From Azolla caroliniana (taxonomy: Eukaryota; Plantae; Polypodiophyta), in the NCBI GenBank assembly GCA_043228905.1, contig JBHGNT010000003.1:4278001-4342000 (forward strand): DNA of 64,000 nt. Direction: 5' to 3'. The notes under the pieces were generated by a model that saw only the letters and a program-made list of their open reading frames with translations, had not been told where the DNA came from and searched no databases. Shown one piece after another: positions 1 through 13,109 of this stretch (positions within the stretch are counted from its first letter, which is position 1; each line of letters opens with the position of its first letter). The translations under genes and the position numbers were made by a program.

Positions 1-197
1 TCCATGATCTGTGCTAGCCAATCAATCCTAATGAACCCCAGGAGCAGTGGCTATCAAGAGTAATAATTAACCCCATGATTAGTTTTAATTAAGCATAATG
101 TATTCTCTCCTGGACTGACAATTTTGTCTCTAATTGTTTGTTGAATTGGGTTGCTACTGATTCAATGGGGAAACAAAAATAAATAAATCAAATTCAG

Positions 198-3100
198 GAT
201 GCTTCCATCCAGGTAATAAAAAATTGAATGAACAGAATTTAGTTCAATTTTTGTGTACACACATTGATTAAATTTGAATGATGCTCTTCAGAATTGTGAT
301 CAGTGAATTTAGTCTCTAATTAGTCTTATATTTCCATGGCAGACCTTGCTATGGGTACCCTTCCATGAAGGTGGACAAGTTATGGAGCTTGGCACCACAC
401 ACTTGGTATGTTATTGTTCCTTCTCAGTCCTTTCCTAACTGTATATACATACGTACATACATACATAGACATAGATACATACATAGATGGATGGATAGAT
501 ACATACATAGACATAGATACATACATAGATGGATGGATAGATACATACATAGACATAGATACATACATAGATGGATGGATAGATAGATAGATACATACAT
601 ACATACATAGACATAGATACATACATACATAGATGGATGGATGGATAGATACATACATACATACATAGACATCGATACATACATACATAGATGGATGGAT
701 GGATAGATACATACATACATACATAGACATCGATACATACATACATAGATGGATGGATGGATACATACATACATACATACATACATACATACATACATAC
801 ATACATACATACATACATACATACATACATACATACATACATACATACATACATACATACATACATACATACACAAACATAGATACATACATAGATGGAT
901 GGATGGATACATACATACATACATACACAAACATAAATATACACAATGATACATACATACATATATGCATCTATGTATACATATACACACATAATATATA
1001 TACTTCAATCTCCACCACAACTCTCATTGTACATCGTCCCCTTCCCAATAGGGTAAGTGTCCGTCCAGTGGGTACCATGTGTCCGTCTTGTGGGTGCCTC
1101 ATGTTCGTCCCCTTCAGTGTATCTCAATCTCAATGTTATGAGCAAATTAATCGGTGGTGTGTCATGAGGACATGGGGGGGTTTGTCGTCCCTTGCCCTAA
1201 AAGAACCCACACTAAGCTCATCATGTTTGTTTGCGAAATCACAATGTCACTCAACCATAGTTACATTGGTTCATAGAATAATAGCTAAGGTTAGTTGATT
1301 CTGAGTGAAGGTCAAATGAACAATTGGCATGATCCCATCACACTACCTTTGTAGAGAAATGAAGTTCTTGATTATGAGTTGAAACCAACCCATTGCCCAA
1401 TTATACCTCACCTCTATAGAATCATTTGATGTTAAAACACTACATAGGAATACAATGGATCAATAGCTCATTAAATGTTCTTATTGTAATGCTAATTGTA
1501 GGTGCAAGGGATAGATGCCTTGTTGGATCAAGTATATATGTTCCTCAAAGGACAAACTCGTGGAGAGAGTATGGTAAAGAGCACGAACAACTCAGATCAT
1601 ATGGTTGATTTTGACACAAATTTGTTTTGCTTGGACACGAATACATCGGTAAACATAACTCCATTTGACCTCATGGACACCCTCGAAATGCCATTCAATC
1701 AACCCAACCCTTCCATCGTTGATTACAATTTTCCTCACAGTCATGATTCCAACAATATTTCCATCATTGATTTGTTTGAACACACTAATGATAATTCTTT
1801 GTATATTAACAATAACAAGTCGCCGACTCAATTAAATTATGATGACCAACTCTCCATCGACCACATACAATCACTAGTTAGTTTTGCACCTAGTTTGGAA
1901 CAAACCCATGACCTTCCTACATTGGCTAATGTTAATCAACAACAATATTTTCATAATGATGCTCCACATCACGTTAGCTCTACAGAGGATACATTTGACA
2001 CACATTTCTCAAGCCCTTTGTCATCATGCCCGATAAGTTCGTCACCTTTACATAATACTTCTCCCATCAGTCCAATCACTTCTTGGAGTAGCTCCCACTC
2101 CATAAGTTCTCCAAATAGTCTATTCAAGCCTTGGGCACCTCCTCAAAGCAGGGTTGAAAGGAGACATATTCATCCTCATTTACGTTCATCTCTTCTAAAA
2201 AGGTGTCTTCTTTATTGGCTCCCATATCAAACATCATTAGAGTCCATACATTCAAATATGGATGCCAATGCGTTAGGGGCCTCCACACACTCAACTTCTC
2301 GACATCCTCCAGTTAAAGGAATTACTAAAATTGAAAGTAGCACACGATCAATACATTTTTCAAATGAAGGATCTACACAGCATGTGCTAAGTGAGCGTAA
2401 ACGAAGGCAACGACAAAAGGAGAACTTCAATGCTCTCAAGGCACTTGTGCCCACCATCACTAAGGTACTCCCATGTGTTCTGTGATCTACTTGTTCACAA
2501 CTGATAACTAAATAAGTGTGTAGTGTTATTCATTGTTTCATATACTAAAGTATGTAGACAAAGTATCGAAGGAACAATTTAGTACAATGCCTCACTTTTA
2601 CAAGAGTCCTTTCAATAAGTACGTCATCTTAGCTCACAATTGTCTCACATCTTAGCTCACAATTGTCTCACTAAGTGCATATAGACATAGCTTAGTAACA
2701 AGAATTCGTACAAGGGCCCATCTAGTATGACCAATATCGGTACCCTACTTTTGTATATAATTTGTGTACCTCATCCTTTTTACTTTTTTGAGCTTCATGC
2801 ATAAGCAATTAGGTATGTTTGTTACATATTCCATGTCAAAGGGAAATCATGTCACTCTTGTTTGAAAACAAAGGTCATACAATAATCACAATCATACTTT
2901 TTTGCATCATGAAATGAATAAGACCATCTTAACATGATAACAAACCTACATAATTTATCTTACTAAATAATACCACATCAACATGATTGGAAACTAGCAG
3001 CATTTATGAATAAATGAAGACTGTATGTAACATGTTCTAATGAGAACCTTTAGGTGAAACAACAAACATCATTTATGAACAAATGAAGACTATAGCATGT

Positions 3101-3834
3101 TCCAATGAGAATCTTTAGGTGAAAATCTATATCTATAAATGGTATAATTTTAAAAACAAGGTATTTATTGGATGCATTATTGTTAAAATTGAAAGAGCTA
3201 TTGTTGTCCCATTGGAGCAGAGAGATAAGGTGGCAATTCTTCAACATTCAATTCGATTTATAGAGCACCTAAAGCATCGAATAGAAGAACTTGAACAACA
3301 ACAAAAGGATACAGTAGCTAAACTCTCAAATGGATTCAATGACCACATTAGCAATATAGCTTGCAACCAACCTCTTTTAAAGCATAATCAAGATCACCAA
3401 TCAAAAGCAGCATACGGTTTTCCATTACCTAATGGGGCTAGATATTTAGTAACACGTCATGCATATGATCCGCCATCCACATTTCATCTGGCTATGAGTG
3501 TCAATATAAACATAAAAGATATCAATGATGTTATCATGAATGTCTTCAATGCCATCAAAAGTAAGGGATTGGAATGTTTCCATCTCAAGTCCATGCATTT
3601 TTCGAGTTCCCGAATCTTTAATATCAAGTTATCAGTGAAAGAAAAGGTATGGAAAGAATACCAAGTTCAATACTATAGTGTAAATTAACACAAAACTAAA
3701 AATTTCCATATTTTAATGTTGGAATGTATGATATGCCTATGCAGGGAGTGCTAGCTGGTACATTAAGTTCAAACACCCTAGTAGAAATTGAAGATTGGTG
3801 GAGACAATTAACCCTAGAAATTGAAACGACATAA
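198..3834 (+). CDS. MYC-type bHLH transcription factor, tandem copy A (5' exons lie left of the window). Exons 198-212, 343-405, 1502-2464, 3221-3646, 3745-3834
   Basis: GT-AG exons join in frame. They give the DASIQ microexon, TLLWVPFHEGGQVMELGTTHL (end of the bHLH-MYC N-terminal domain), the bHLH QHVLSERKRRQRQKENFNALKALVPTITK|RDKVAILQHSIRFIEHLKHRIEELE and an ACT-like C-terminus. Stop TAA at 3832-3834. Colinear with copy B. Confidence 0.9.
444..1000. repeat. Compound (ATAC)n/(ATGG)n/(ATAG)n microsatellite with a 42-bp higher-order unit, in a bHLH-A intron
   Basis: Directly visible. The 14-aa periodicity YIHRHRYIHRWMDR in the spurious ORF gives the 42-bp unit. A pure (ATAC)n tract runs at about 761-872. 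Confidence 0.97.
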
Positions 3835-4049
3835 ATGAGTTCAAATCTAGTCCACAATTTGGCATGGATATCCTAAATTGAGCCTCAAGAAGCCTCTTTT
3901 GTGCAAAGGCCCTCCTTTGTCCAGCTCATGTGTCCTTTGTGAAGATACTAACTCTATCGAGCCCATGACACACACACGCGCGCACGCACAAAGGGAGGGA
4001 GAGAGAGGGTGAGAATGTAAGCACTATCTAACTCCTTGTTGTGGACTAA

Positions 4050-5500
4050 TCTATGGACAATTGATGATGAGCCTACAATGAAATTCGCATTCCGATATTT
4101 CCCAAAGAAACCACTAGAAGTACAACCTGTTGGTCCAAACGACGACTATTGTGTAACAAGTTGATTTGGAAACATAGATCATGTGCAACTTCCTTCAGAA
4201 AGGGAACCTATTTGGTTGCATGACCAAACTCTATGAAGACACCCTAAAACACACCCACAAATCACTATGAGAAGGTGTCTTGCACCCCACCACAACAACT
4301 CACAATGGTGACTTATTCACCCCCGAAGTTTCCACAGTATCAAATCGCATGGCACACATATGAGTAGATAGTTGTTGTAATGGGAATACACATATTTTCA
4401 AGCATTGAGGACGCATCAACTGAATGATGGTCATGATTACAAGGACCACTATGGTTGTCAATATTGTCGCAAACATCACAAAGACCAAGAGTATCACTAC
4501 TTCCCGAAACCCCTACATCATGGTCAACAAGACAAGTACACGAATCCCGCACCACCCCTTGTGGCCCCTGTCAACATCGACATAGTATGTAAACTCTCCA
4601 CCATGGATTCCCATCCATAAATATGGAGCTTCCATTGCAACCAGCTCAGCCATAGCTACAATGTGTGATGTAACACGAAAAGGGCATGACCGCGAACTTC
4701 ATTGGGACCACCAAAGTTGGTGCATTATAGGTTTGTAATCAATAGACTATATTGATTACAAACCCTTACGCAACTCAATAGGAAGTACAACTCCAAAGCC
4801 AAGTGTGGTTCTATGAGACAAACTTGAACAAACCTTCCCACACATAATGGAAAGTAATGAGAGCAGTAAGAAGTTTAGGGGAAGATGTTTCATTGACAAA
4901 CCCCACCATGGATCCATCTTTTTGCACAACCAGTTGAAATCCTAGAAATGAGTTTGATATCCTAGAAATCCTCATAGATGAAAAGTGTGGTGCCATTTGT
5001 AAGCACATACCAGTTGGGCTCACTAACAAGGGCAATATCATTAACAACATTATTGGCTCACCAACTAAGCTCAAGTTAGACTCCTTGGTCAAACTTGTTA
5101 GGCCACGAAATGCATACATGTAGTATTGGACCAGATGCATTGGGCCATGAAATGCATGAGGTCTGATTGCATGTTGGGAAACATTAGAATGTATTTAACC
5201 ATAGTCTCATATTGGCCTCTACTAAGGAATCCCAACTTATTGGGACATGAATTCTCTGTTTTCCAATATTCCTTTTGCAACTCAAATTTTTCCCTCATTT
5301 ATTTGAAAGACCACTAGCCAACATTCAAAATTTTGGTTGAATTGTATATTCATAAACTCCCAACCTGAACTCGAAAGGAGGTTCAACCCATGGCACTTAT
5401 TCTCCTAGACCAAACCACTTGTTTATCATGGTGGTCATGGGTGGCGTGCGTGCTTCACCTCATCCCAATTTTCTATGAGGCATCTAATCCATAAAGAACA
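4050..5500 (-). mobile_element. Possible highly degenerate LTR-retrotransposon gag remnant
   Basis: Broken minus-strand frames with a C-x2-C-x4-H-x3-C-like stretch (CDVCDNIDNHSGPC). No LTR, PBS or pol motif seen. Confidence 0.25.
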
Positions 5501-6354
5501 TAATTCTTGCAATTTCATTAGTTTGCTAGTATGTAGACTCTTTCATGTTGAGTTCATCAAATATATTGTGGTATTGTAATGTAGTGTGGCCATGGTAAGA
5601 AAATGTGTCTCAAACTAGCTTGTGAATTTGAGCAAGATGAAGCTAAAATTTAAAAGGGAGAGGGTAATAACAATGAAAGTTAGCTCAAATGGTAATAGAG
5701 TTTAATTCCAAAAGGAACAAGGGTATCAATTCAATATTATAGTTCTACCGTGGGAGATAAACTATTAAGTGTATTATCACTTGACAACTTCACATGAAGT
5801 GGTCAAGTGTGTGAACCACACCAAGGCCTAGGGCTTTTGTCTGCTAAGAAGGTTCACAACCTCTTATTAGGGAAGCTTGATACTCTGTTTGTGTGGTTAT
5901 TGCTTTTGTTAGCTAATTACATGCATCCCTCATGGGACCCAAGGTATTGCATGCATCAATACTTGATGATATGTCAAATTAAGGAGATTTGAGTCCATCT
6001 TTCACCATCACTAGGGGGTGGTCAAGTGGTTTGACACTTGTCTTTCCTTTCTTTAGCCTATCTTTCCTTATGTTTTGCTTAATTATTAATTAATCTCTAA
6101 CAATTGGCATTAAAATATACTAATTGTTTTCATGCTTTCACTTGTTTTCTTATGATCCTTGGAGTGATGAAGGAGACACAACCTCTTGATCTGGGAGCAT
6201 TAACTGGACCGTGAACTACGGTATTTCTCATCTTTCATTTTCTCGTCATATTTTGTCTTTAATGATGTATTTTTTCAATTAATGTGTTAAGTGTTATCAA
6301 GTTTATAGTTTCTATGGATAAATATTTGTATCATGTGTGCTCACGTTAACATTT

Positions 6355-6387
<33 letters not shown>

Positions 6388-7654
6388 TCATGTCACGTTT
6401 GTATAAACAAGACACAAAAATGTGCCTCCATGACACCAATGGGAGTTCCACCATATGCAAAAAGGTACTGTCATGCTTTAGGGTTCAGTATCATGGTGCA
6501 CCACCATGATGAGCTCTGCTCCTTTGCCATTGCAATCGCATAGACAAAGGCCCCCAAGAAACATTATTGACTCTAATGTTCTAAACCCTTAGTCTCCTCT
6601 GGCACCTGATACCTTAATTAGGAAGTTAACTAGAGCCTCTTTAGGACTTGAGCATTAAGCATTAATACTATTGGACAAAGTTGCATCATGGAATAGTAGC
6701 CATGCCTCGATCAAATGAGTTATCACATAAAACATGCAAGATAATAATTGATTAAGGTTTAACGGATGGACACCTGACCTTAGTCGCTCAATCTACAATT
6801 AGGAAGGAAGAGAAGAGAGCTCAAGATTTTTTAAGATTCCAAAAGGAGCTAAAAAGTGACCTTTATAGCTTATTTACAAAGAGCTTGTCCCCTTACATAT
6901 TGAGGGTTGCCTTTTAGCCTAGAGTTCTAAAATGACTCTTGCTCTCTTTCATTTTCTATGCTTATTCCTTTCACTTGGTCTTTTTTTTCCTTGCTAGTGC
7001 TGACTTCTTCGTTGTTTATGCTACATATAGTAAAATGCTTTCTATTCTCATTTTGGGTTTCCCTATTTATCCCTTGGCTTCAATTTCAAAAAGAATGGCA
7101 ATGGGAACCAAATCGTAATATCTAGAACCACCTCCTAATCATATTTTCTATTTCAAATTGAACTTCAATTTCAAATCTATTTAAGCATTGGTTGAGCGTT
7201 TGTACCCATTTCATATAGCATGGTTAATTTTTCCATCTAAGACTTTGTGAGCTTACCTAGATCATAGCGTTAGAAGTGTCTCACGTGTGCGAGCTAGGGA
7301 TGACAACTTGAAGCTATTCGTTCAAGTGGCCCACATGTGCAAGACTTAAACCTTAACAAAATGTAAGAAAATTGATTTGTACCCTTGAGCAAGGTCCACA
7401 TGTTCTTCAAGGTTTAAGATGAAGGATTACAACGTCTTGTGGAGCAAGGCCAACACTAAAACTAATTTACTTCACATTCATGTTAAGTTAGTCTAAAGGA
7501 AAATATTATCTCCTCGTACTAAAATTATGTGCTTTTGTTAAGGTTGATCCTTGATCAAGATGAAGCCCTTCACATTTTTTGTTACATAATCAAGGTTTTA
7601 AATCAATCTTAATTCAATCTTATCCCTTTCTTTTATAGTTGAAGTTCCTTGATA

Positions 7655-8225
7655 CGAACTGAATTGAACCAAACCATTTATATAAAACAAAAACCAAACC
7701 AAAACATGGTTGAACTCTCAAGCCATTTAAACCCAAAAACCGTTTAAATGGCAAACCGGCAAAGAAACCAAACCATTTATGAACTGTCAAGCCATTTAAA
7801 CCCAACCATTTAAGAAAAGGTAAACCCAAACCGTTTAGGAAAAGTTGATACCAAAACGAACCATTTAATAAAAAATCTAAACTTAACTGTTTTAGTCAAA
7901 CTAATTAAGAATCGAAATAAACAAAAGTACATTAAATTAAATAAGCATTTAAGTTAAACTTAGTAAAACAATTTAAATTAATTAAATCAATGAAAAACCA
8001 TTAAATTAATAAATCATTTAGGGGAAAAAAAGTTAACCAAAAACCGATCAACCTTTAAACCAAACCATTGAAACCTATAAACCAATAAACCCGAGTTTTA
8101 AAAACAAACTATTTATTAAAAATCTAACTCAAACCAAAGCGTTAAAGTTTTTTGGAACCAATAAACGGTTAAACCATGACTTAACGGTTTGGTTTAGTTT
8201 GGTTTGAGCCGAAATTGGGCCCATA
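7655..8225. mobile_element. AAACC(G)-rich non-autonomous DNA transposon (MITE-like) remnant
   Basis: Dense AAACC/AAACCG motifs that flip to GGTTT near 8185-8205, as in the neighbouring TIR element. Termini not resolved. Confidence 0.55.
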
Positions 8226-8448
8226 GCTATCAACAATTTCCGTGGGTGCTAGAAAAGTCTTCAATTTAGATTATTGTGCTTCTAGATCACATTTTCCAAT
8301 TTAGACAATCCAAGCGAAAAGGTACCTAATTTTTATCTCATACCTCTCTTTTATAGTTTAATTCCCTTGATGCAAGAAATATTTTAGTAGGTTCGATAGG
8401 TGCTAACGAGGATTCATCCTTAAGAGCCAACAACAATCCATCTGTAGC

Positions 8449-8844
8449 TAACAATCGGCAACAGTTTGGTTTGGTTTGAGAGGGTCCAAACCGAACTGGT
8501 TCGGAACCGAACTGTTTAAATTTTTTGAAACCTGAACCAAACCACGAAACCGTTAAACATTTTTCAAACCGTTAAACCATAAAACCGTAAAAACTGCAGT
8601 TTTGTGGTTCGGTTTCAGTTTTCAACATAGGTCAAATTTATAATATTTCATTTTTAAAAATTTTAAAGACATTCCTAAAATGTGAGAATAAGGTCTAAAA
8701 ATGAAAAGATTGTTTAAAAACAATTTTTAAAATTTTTTTAAAATAAAAAACCATTTAACCATTTAAACCGCGGTTTTTTAGTGTTGAAATCGAACCGAAC
8801 CGTTAAACCGCGGTTTAGCGGTTCAGTTCGGTTGCCGATTGTTA
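8449..8844. mobile_element. hAT-like MITE, 396 bp
   Basis: Perfect 14-bp terminal inverted repeats TAACAATCGGCAAC (8449-8462) / GTTGCCGATTGTTA (8831-8844). 8-bp target-site duplication TCTGTAGC (8441-8448) / TCCGTAGC (8845-8852), one mismatch. AAACCG subterminal repeats. Confidence 0.85.
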
Positions 8845-10504
8845 TCCGTAGCTACAAAAATGAGCACTTTTACCAATTTCATAGATTCAACGATCGCCTT
8901 TAGCCCTTACATGATTCAATCTATTTAGCCTTTACCTAATTACCATTAGCTAGTTGTTAGAATCCAAATGTATAAAATAACAAAAGATACAAAAATTAAT
9001 TTATGAAGAAGGTTGAAAAGAGGATCAAATTTACCCTCTCTGGGTATTTCCTCCATCGACATAAAGTATGTGGCCATGTACAATTGTTCATGGTAATGCT
9101 TTGGGAGATATGTATGACTGTGGCAGCCTATGAGTAGTTTAAAAGGTAAAAATTTGTGTTGAAGTATCACGTAAATCGATTTAGACATAATTTAAACCAT
9201 CATTGGAAAAAATGGAGGATCAATTTTCCCCTTGGTGGTATGGAACACCAATGGGCATGAGGGTCTGTCTCTCACCGTCACTAGGGATTGATCAAGCGTA
9301 TCTAGCCTTCTCAATTATTCTTTTATCTTTTCCTTTCTTACTATATCTAGACAACATTAGCATGCTATGAAATATCTTCATATTTATAGTTTTACATGTT
9401 TTTTTTTACGCAATGACATCCTTCTCTCGTCCACCCTCAACAAAAACCATATGCCACCCCAAGGTTGTGCATTGACAACTGTTTTCCCGTATTTTGCCTT
9501 AACAAACATACATTTAAGGCCAAAACAAATATTACAACGCCATTGTTGAAGTGCAAAATACATGAATACCTATCATTTGTATGTTCACACACTTCAAAGA
9601 TATTAAGTTTAGTAGTAAGTTCAAGCTCTTGAACCTTTCAAGAGTGCCAAAGCTAGTTGATGTTTCTCTTGCTCATTAATTATAAAAAGTTTAAATTCAT
9701 GGAATTCGTGGGTATAATATGTAATATGTAACATAGGTATTCTCTTGCATGCTTTTTTAAACGTTCATTTTGTATATGTTTATCTTTATTCTCATTTTTA
9801 GGCATAGGGTGCTTCAAATATAAGAGCGTGAATTGAAGGCCACAACTATGCTTAACGAGGAATATTGGTCATTTTAGTACAAGGTAAATGCTATATTTCA
9901 TGTCTCAATTTACTCTACACAAAATGAGACAAGTTGCAAGTTGCAACATACAATAAAGTTAGGATTTGATTATCGCCCTTAGAGTTTCCATTTCCAATCA
10001 ACTTCAAAACTTATAAAAGAATTGCGGTGTCACTATGCTTTATCTGTTGGCGACACTTATGACCAAGAAATCTAATCATCATGGATCAAAAGACTAGAAT
10101 AAAGGGCATGACAACCAAGTTAACACTCATATGCAAAATCCCAAGAAACATGTATTATCAAGCAACATTCACATAGATATTGCGCTTTATCTAAACATAA
10201 AGAGAATACCATCAATGTTCTCTTAAAACAAGCAAGCCCAGGTTTTCGTTGACCTTGTTGACACAAATACATGGAAACCATGAGAAACTCAAAAGGGGGG
10301 GGGGGGGGGGGGGGGGGGCAAAGTATGGATCGGTCAATTGGGAAAAAACGGGGTTGAGATTTTGACCGTGTAAAGGAAGAAGTGGATGGAAACGAGCACA
10401 TGTCTCGCAGTAAAAAAAAACCAAAACCGTATGTGCGCACCTCTGTCCCCATGCTACTATCCTCATGAATTTGGCTACACATTGAGTTTACCGCAAGGGA
10501 CATG

Positions 10505-10536
10505 TATATATGTATATGTATAAGAGTATAGGTGTA

Positions 10537-10585
<49 letters not shown>

Positions 10586-10745
10586 GTATATGTATATGTA
10601 TATGTATAAGAGTATATGTATGTATACAGTATAAGAGTATATGTATATGTATATGTATATGTATGTATGTGATGGAAAAGGGCTATCAGCCAAAAAAAGT
10701 CATTCAAAGACACATTCTTGTGAGGTCCAAGGATGTCATGTAAAT

Positions 10746-10789
<44 letters not shown>
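10505..10789. repeat. (GTATGT/ATATGT)n and (GA)n microsatellites upstream of bHLH-B
   Basis: Directly visible tracts at about 10505-10670 and 10749-10789. Confidence 0.95.
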
Positions 10790-10792
<3 letters not shown>

Positions 10793-11065
10793 TTTTGATA
10801 TGGTCTTTTTCTACTAATATGTACTTGAGAAAAAAGGAGATAATCAATGACCTCACCATACCCCCACACTCAAGTCTCACACCCCTCATATATATAAGCT
10901 ATAATTCATTAAATCTCATCACAACTCATTTATCCCTTAACTCTCTCTCTCTCTCTCTCTCACACACACAAACTTGCACACATAACCTTTAACTCTCTTA
11001 ATCACCCCTTAATCATCTCTTAATCCTCTCTTAATTCTCTTAATTCTCTTAATCCCCCCCCCCCC

Positions 11066-11200
11066 TTGATCCACGCTCAATTCTTGCTTTCGATCCACTC
11101 CCAATTCTCGCTTGATCCGCGCTCAATTCTCGCTTTCGATCCGCGCTCAATTCTCGCTTTCAATCCACTCCCAATTCTCGCTTTCCATCCACTCCCAATC
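11066..11200. repeat. Minisatellite of about 22-24 bp (GATCCRCKCYCAATTCTCGCTTTC), about 6 copies, upstream of the bHLH-B ATG
   Basis: Directly visible tandem units, flanked by poly-C runs. Confidence 0.9.
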
Positions 11201-11374
11201 CTCTCTCAATTACACACTCCCATCATCCCCCTCCCTCCCCCCCCACCCCCCAAACTTAAACATGGATAGCCATTGATTAGTCCATCCTCTCTTAATCACC
11301 CCCCTTAACCCTCTCTTAATTTCCATTCATTCTCCACTAATCCTCTCTTAATTGCACACTTTCCATAATCTGGC

Positions 11375-13029
11375 ATGGACCACACTTCACACCACCGTGT
11401 CAGCTCCTACAATCCCAATGACTATAATTACTTCCATAATCCAATTCATGGGCCCCCTCCTCATGATCTATTACATTATGTGGAGCCCTATAACATTCAT
11501 CCTTCACATCTCAATCATCCCATCATCGATCCTATTAATCCTTCCTCCAATCTTCTTAATCCTTTCTCCAAACTTGCCCAGCAATTGATCCAGCTCTGTC
11601 ATTGCTCCTACTACTGCATTTGGAAACCTTCCCCTACCCCTAATCCTAGCTCATCATCATCCCTGCAGCCTCGCGGGTAATTTCGCTACTTAATCCATTG
11701 AATTTGAGCAATTAAGTCATTGATGAAGCTAATGGATCATCCTCCAATCTGATTAACACACTAAGCATACATACCAATCCATTAATTGAACTCACAGGAC
11801 ACTAATTGACTTGATTGACATGTTAATTAATTGCCCACTAAATACATTCAACAGCTACCCACTAAACACATTCATTAAGTACCCAAAAAGAACAGGAATC
11901 ATTAGGCGCCCATTAACACATGATTCATCATCTGCCCATTAACACATTCATTACCTGCGCAAATACAATTCGGATTTAACACCTCCCAATAAACACATTC
12001 ATTGACATGTACTCAGCCAGGTCACCGATTCCACTCAATTGCGTCAGTAATCATTAGTCCACGATTCAATTGAAATTCCTTATTCAATCCATAAATATTT
12101 TAGCCATTTCATCATAATAACTTCCTTAACGGATCTCTTCTGCTCTCATCATAGACTCGAAATCCATTCAATGAATCAATATAGAAGTTTTAATCTTCTT
12201 CTTTTTGTTTTCGCTTCAGGATTATATATAGTGGTGGTGATGTAAATGCATTGATTCAAGACAACACAGAAGCAACTAAAATCAAGTTCCTGCTACAAAG
12301 ATACAAAACACAACATTTCATTCCATCATCTGAAATGGGGTAAAGTAGAACTAATTAAGACTCACTAATTAAGAACTAGCCACTTAATCGGACAAAGCGC
12401 CCACTTAATTAGAGTTTTCAATCCATTACTAACCAATCAGATGTCACAATAGCTGAGTTGTAATTTTGAAACTGATTCTTGTAGATTAGCTGGACTTGCA
12501 ATGGAATCCAGGCACCCACAATTCTCTTACGTGCAGAGCATCATAGGCCCAACTCATCAAATCTTCAAGGTGATTATTGCTTAATCAAGTTATACCCATG
12601 ATTTGTGCTAACCAATCCTAATTCCCCTTATGAACAATGCAAATCGAAAGTAATGATTAACCCCATAATTAGTTCTAATTAAGCCTAATGTGTGTTCTTT
12701 TTTGAACTAACATTTTGTCTCTAATTGCTTGTTGAATTGGGTGCTGCTGATTCAATGGGGGAAATGAAAAACAATTGCAATTCAGGATGCTTCCATCCAG
12801 GTAATAAGAAAATTATGAATGAACAGAATTTAGTTCAATTTCTGCACACATTGATTGACTGACTGATGCTCTTCAAAAATTGGGAGTGAATTTAGTCTCT
12901 TATTGGTCTTATGTTGTCATGTCAGACATTGCTATGGATACCCCTCCATGAAGGTGCAGAAGTTATGGAGCTTGGCACCACACAATTGGTATGTTAGTGT
13001 GCTTTCTCTCTCAATCCTTTCCTAAATGA

Positions 13030-13062
<33 letters not shown>

Positions 13063-13063
13063 C

Positions 13064-13109
<46 letters not shown>

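Noticed and set aside
365-1298. Long ORFs rich in YIH/MYVC
   Set aside because: They are translations of the intronic microsatellite, open on both strands for lack of stop codons.
10120-10992. ORFs with YT, SL, VC and ER repeats
   Set aside because: Microsatellite translations.
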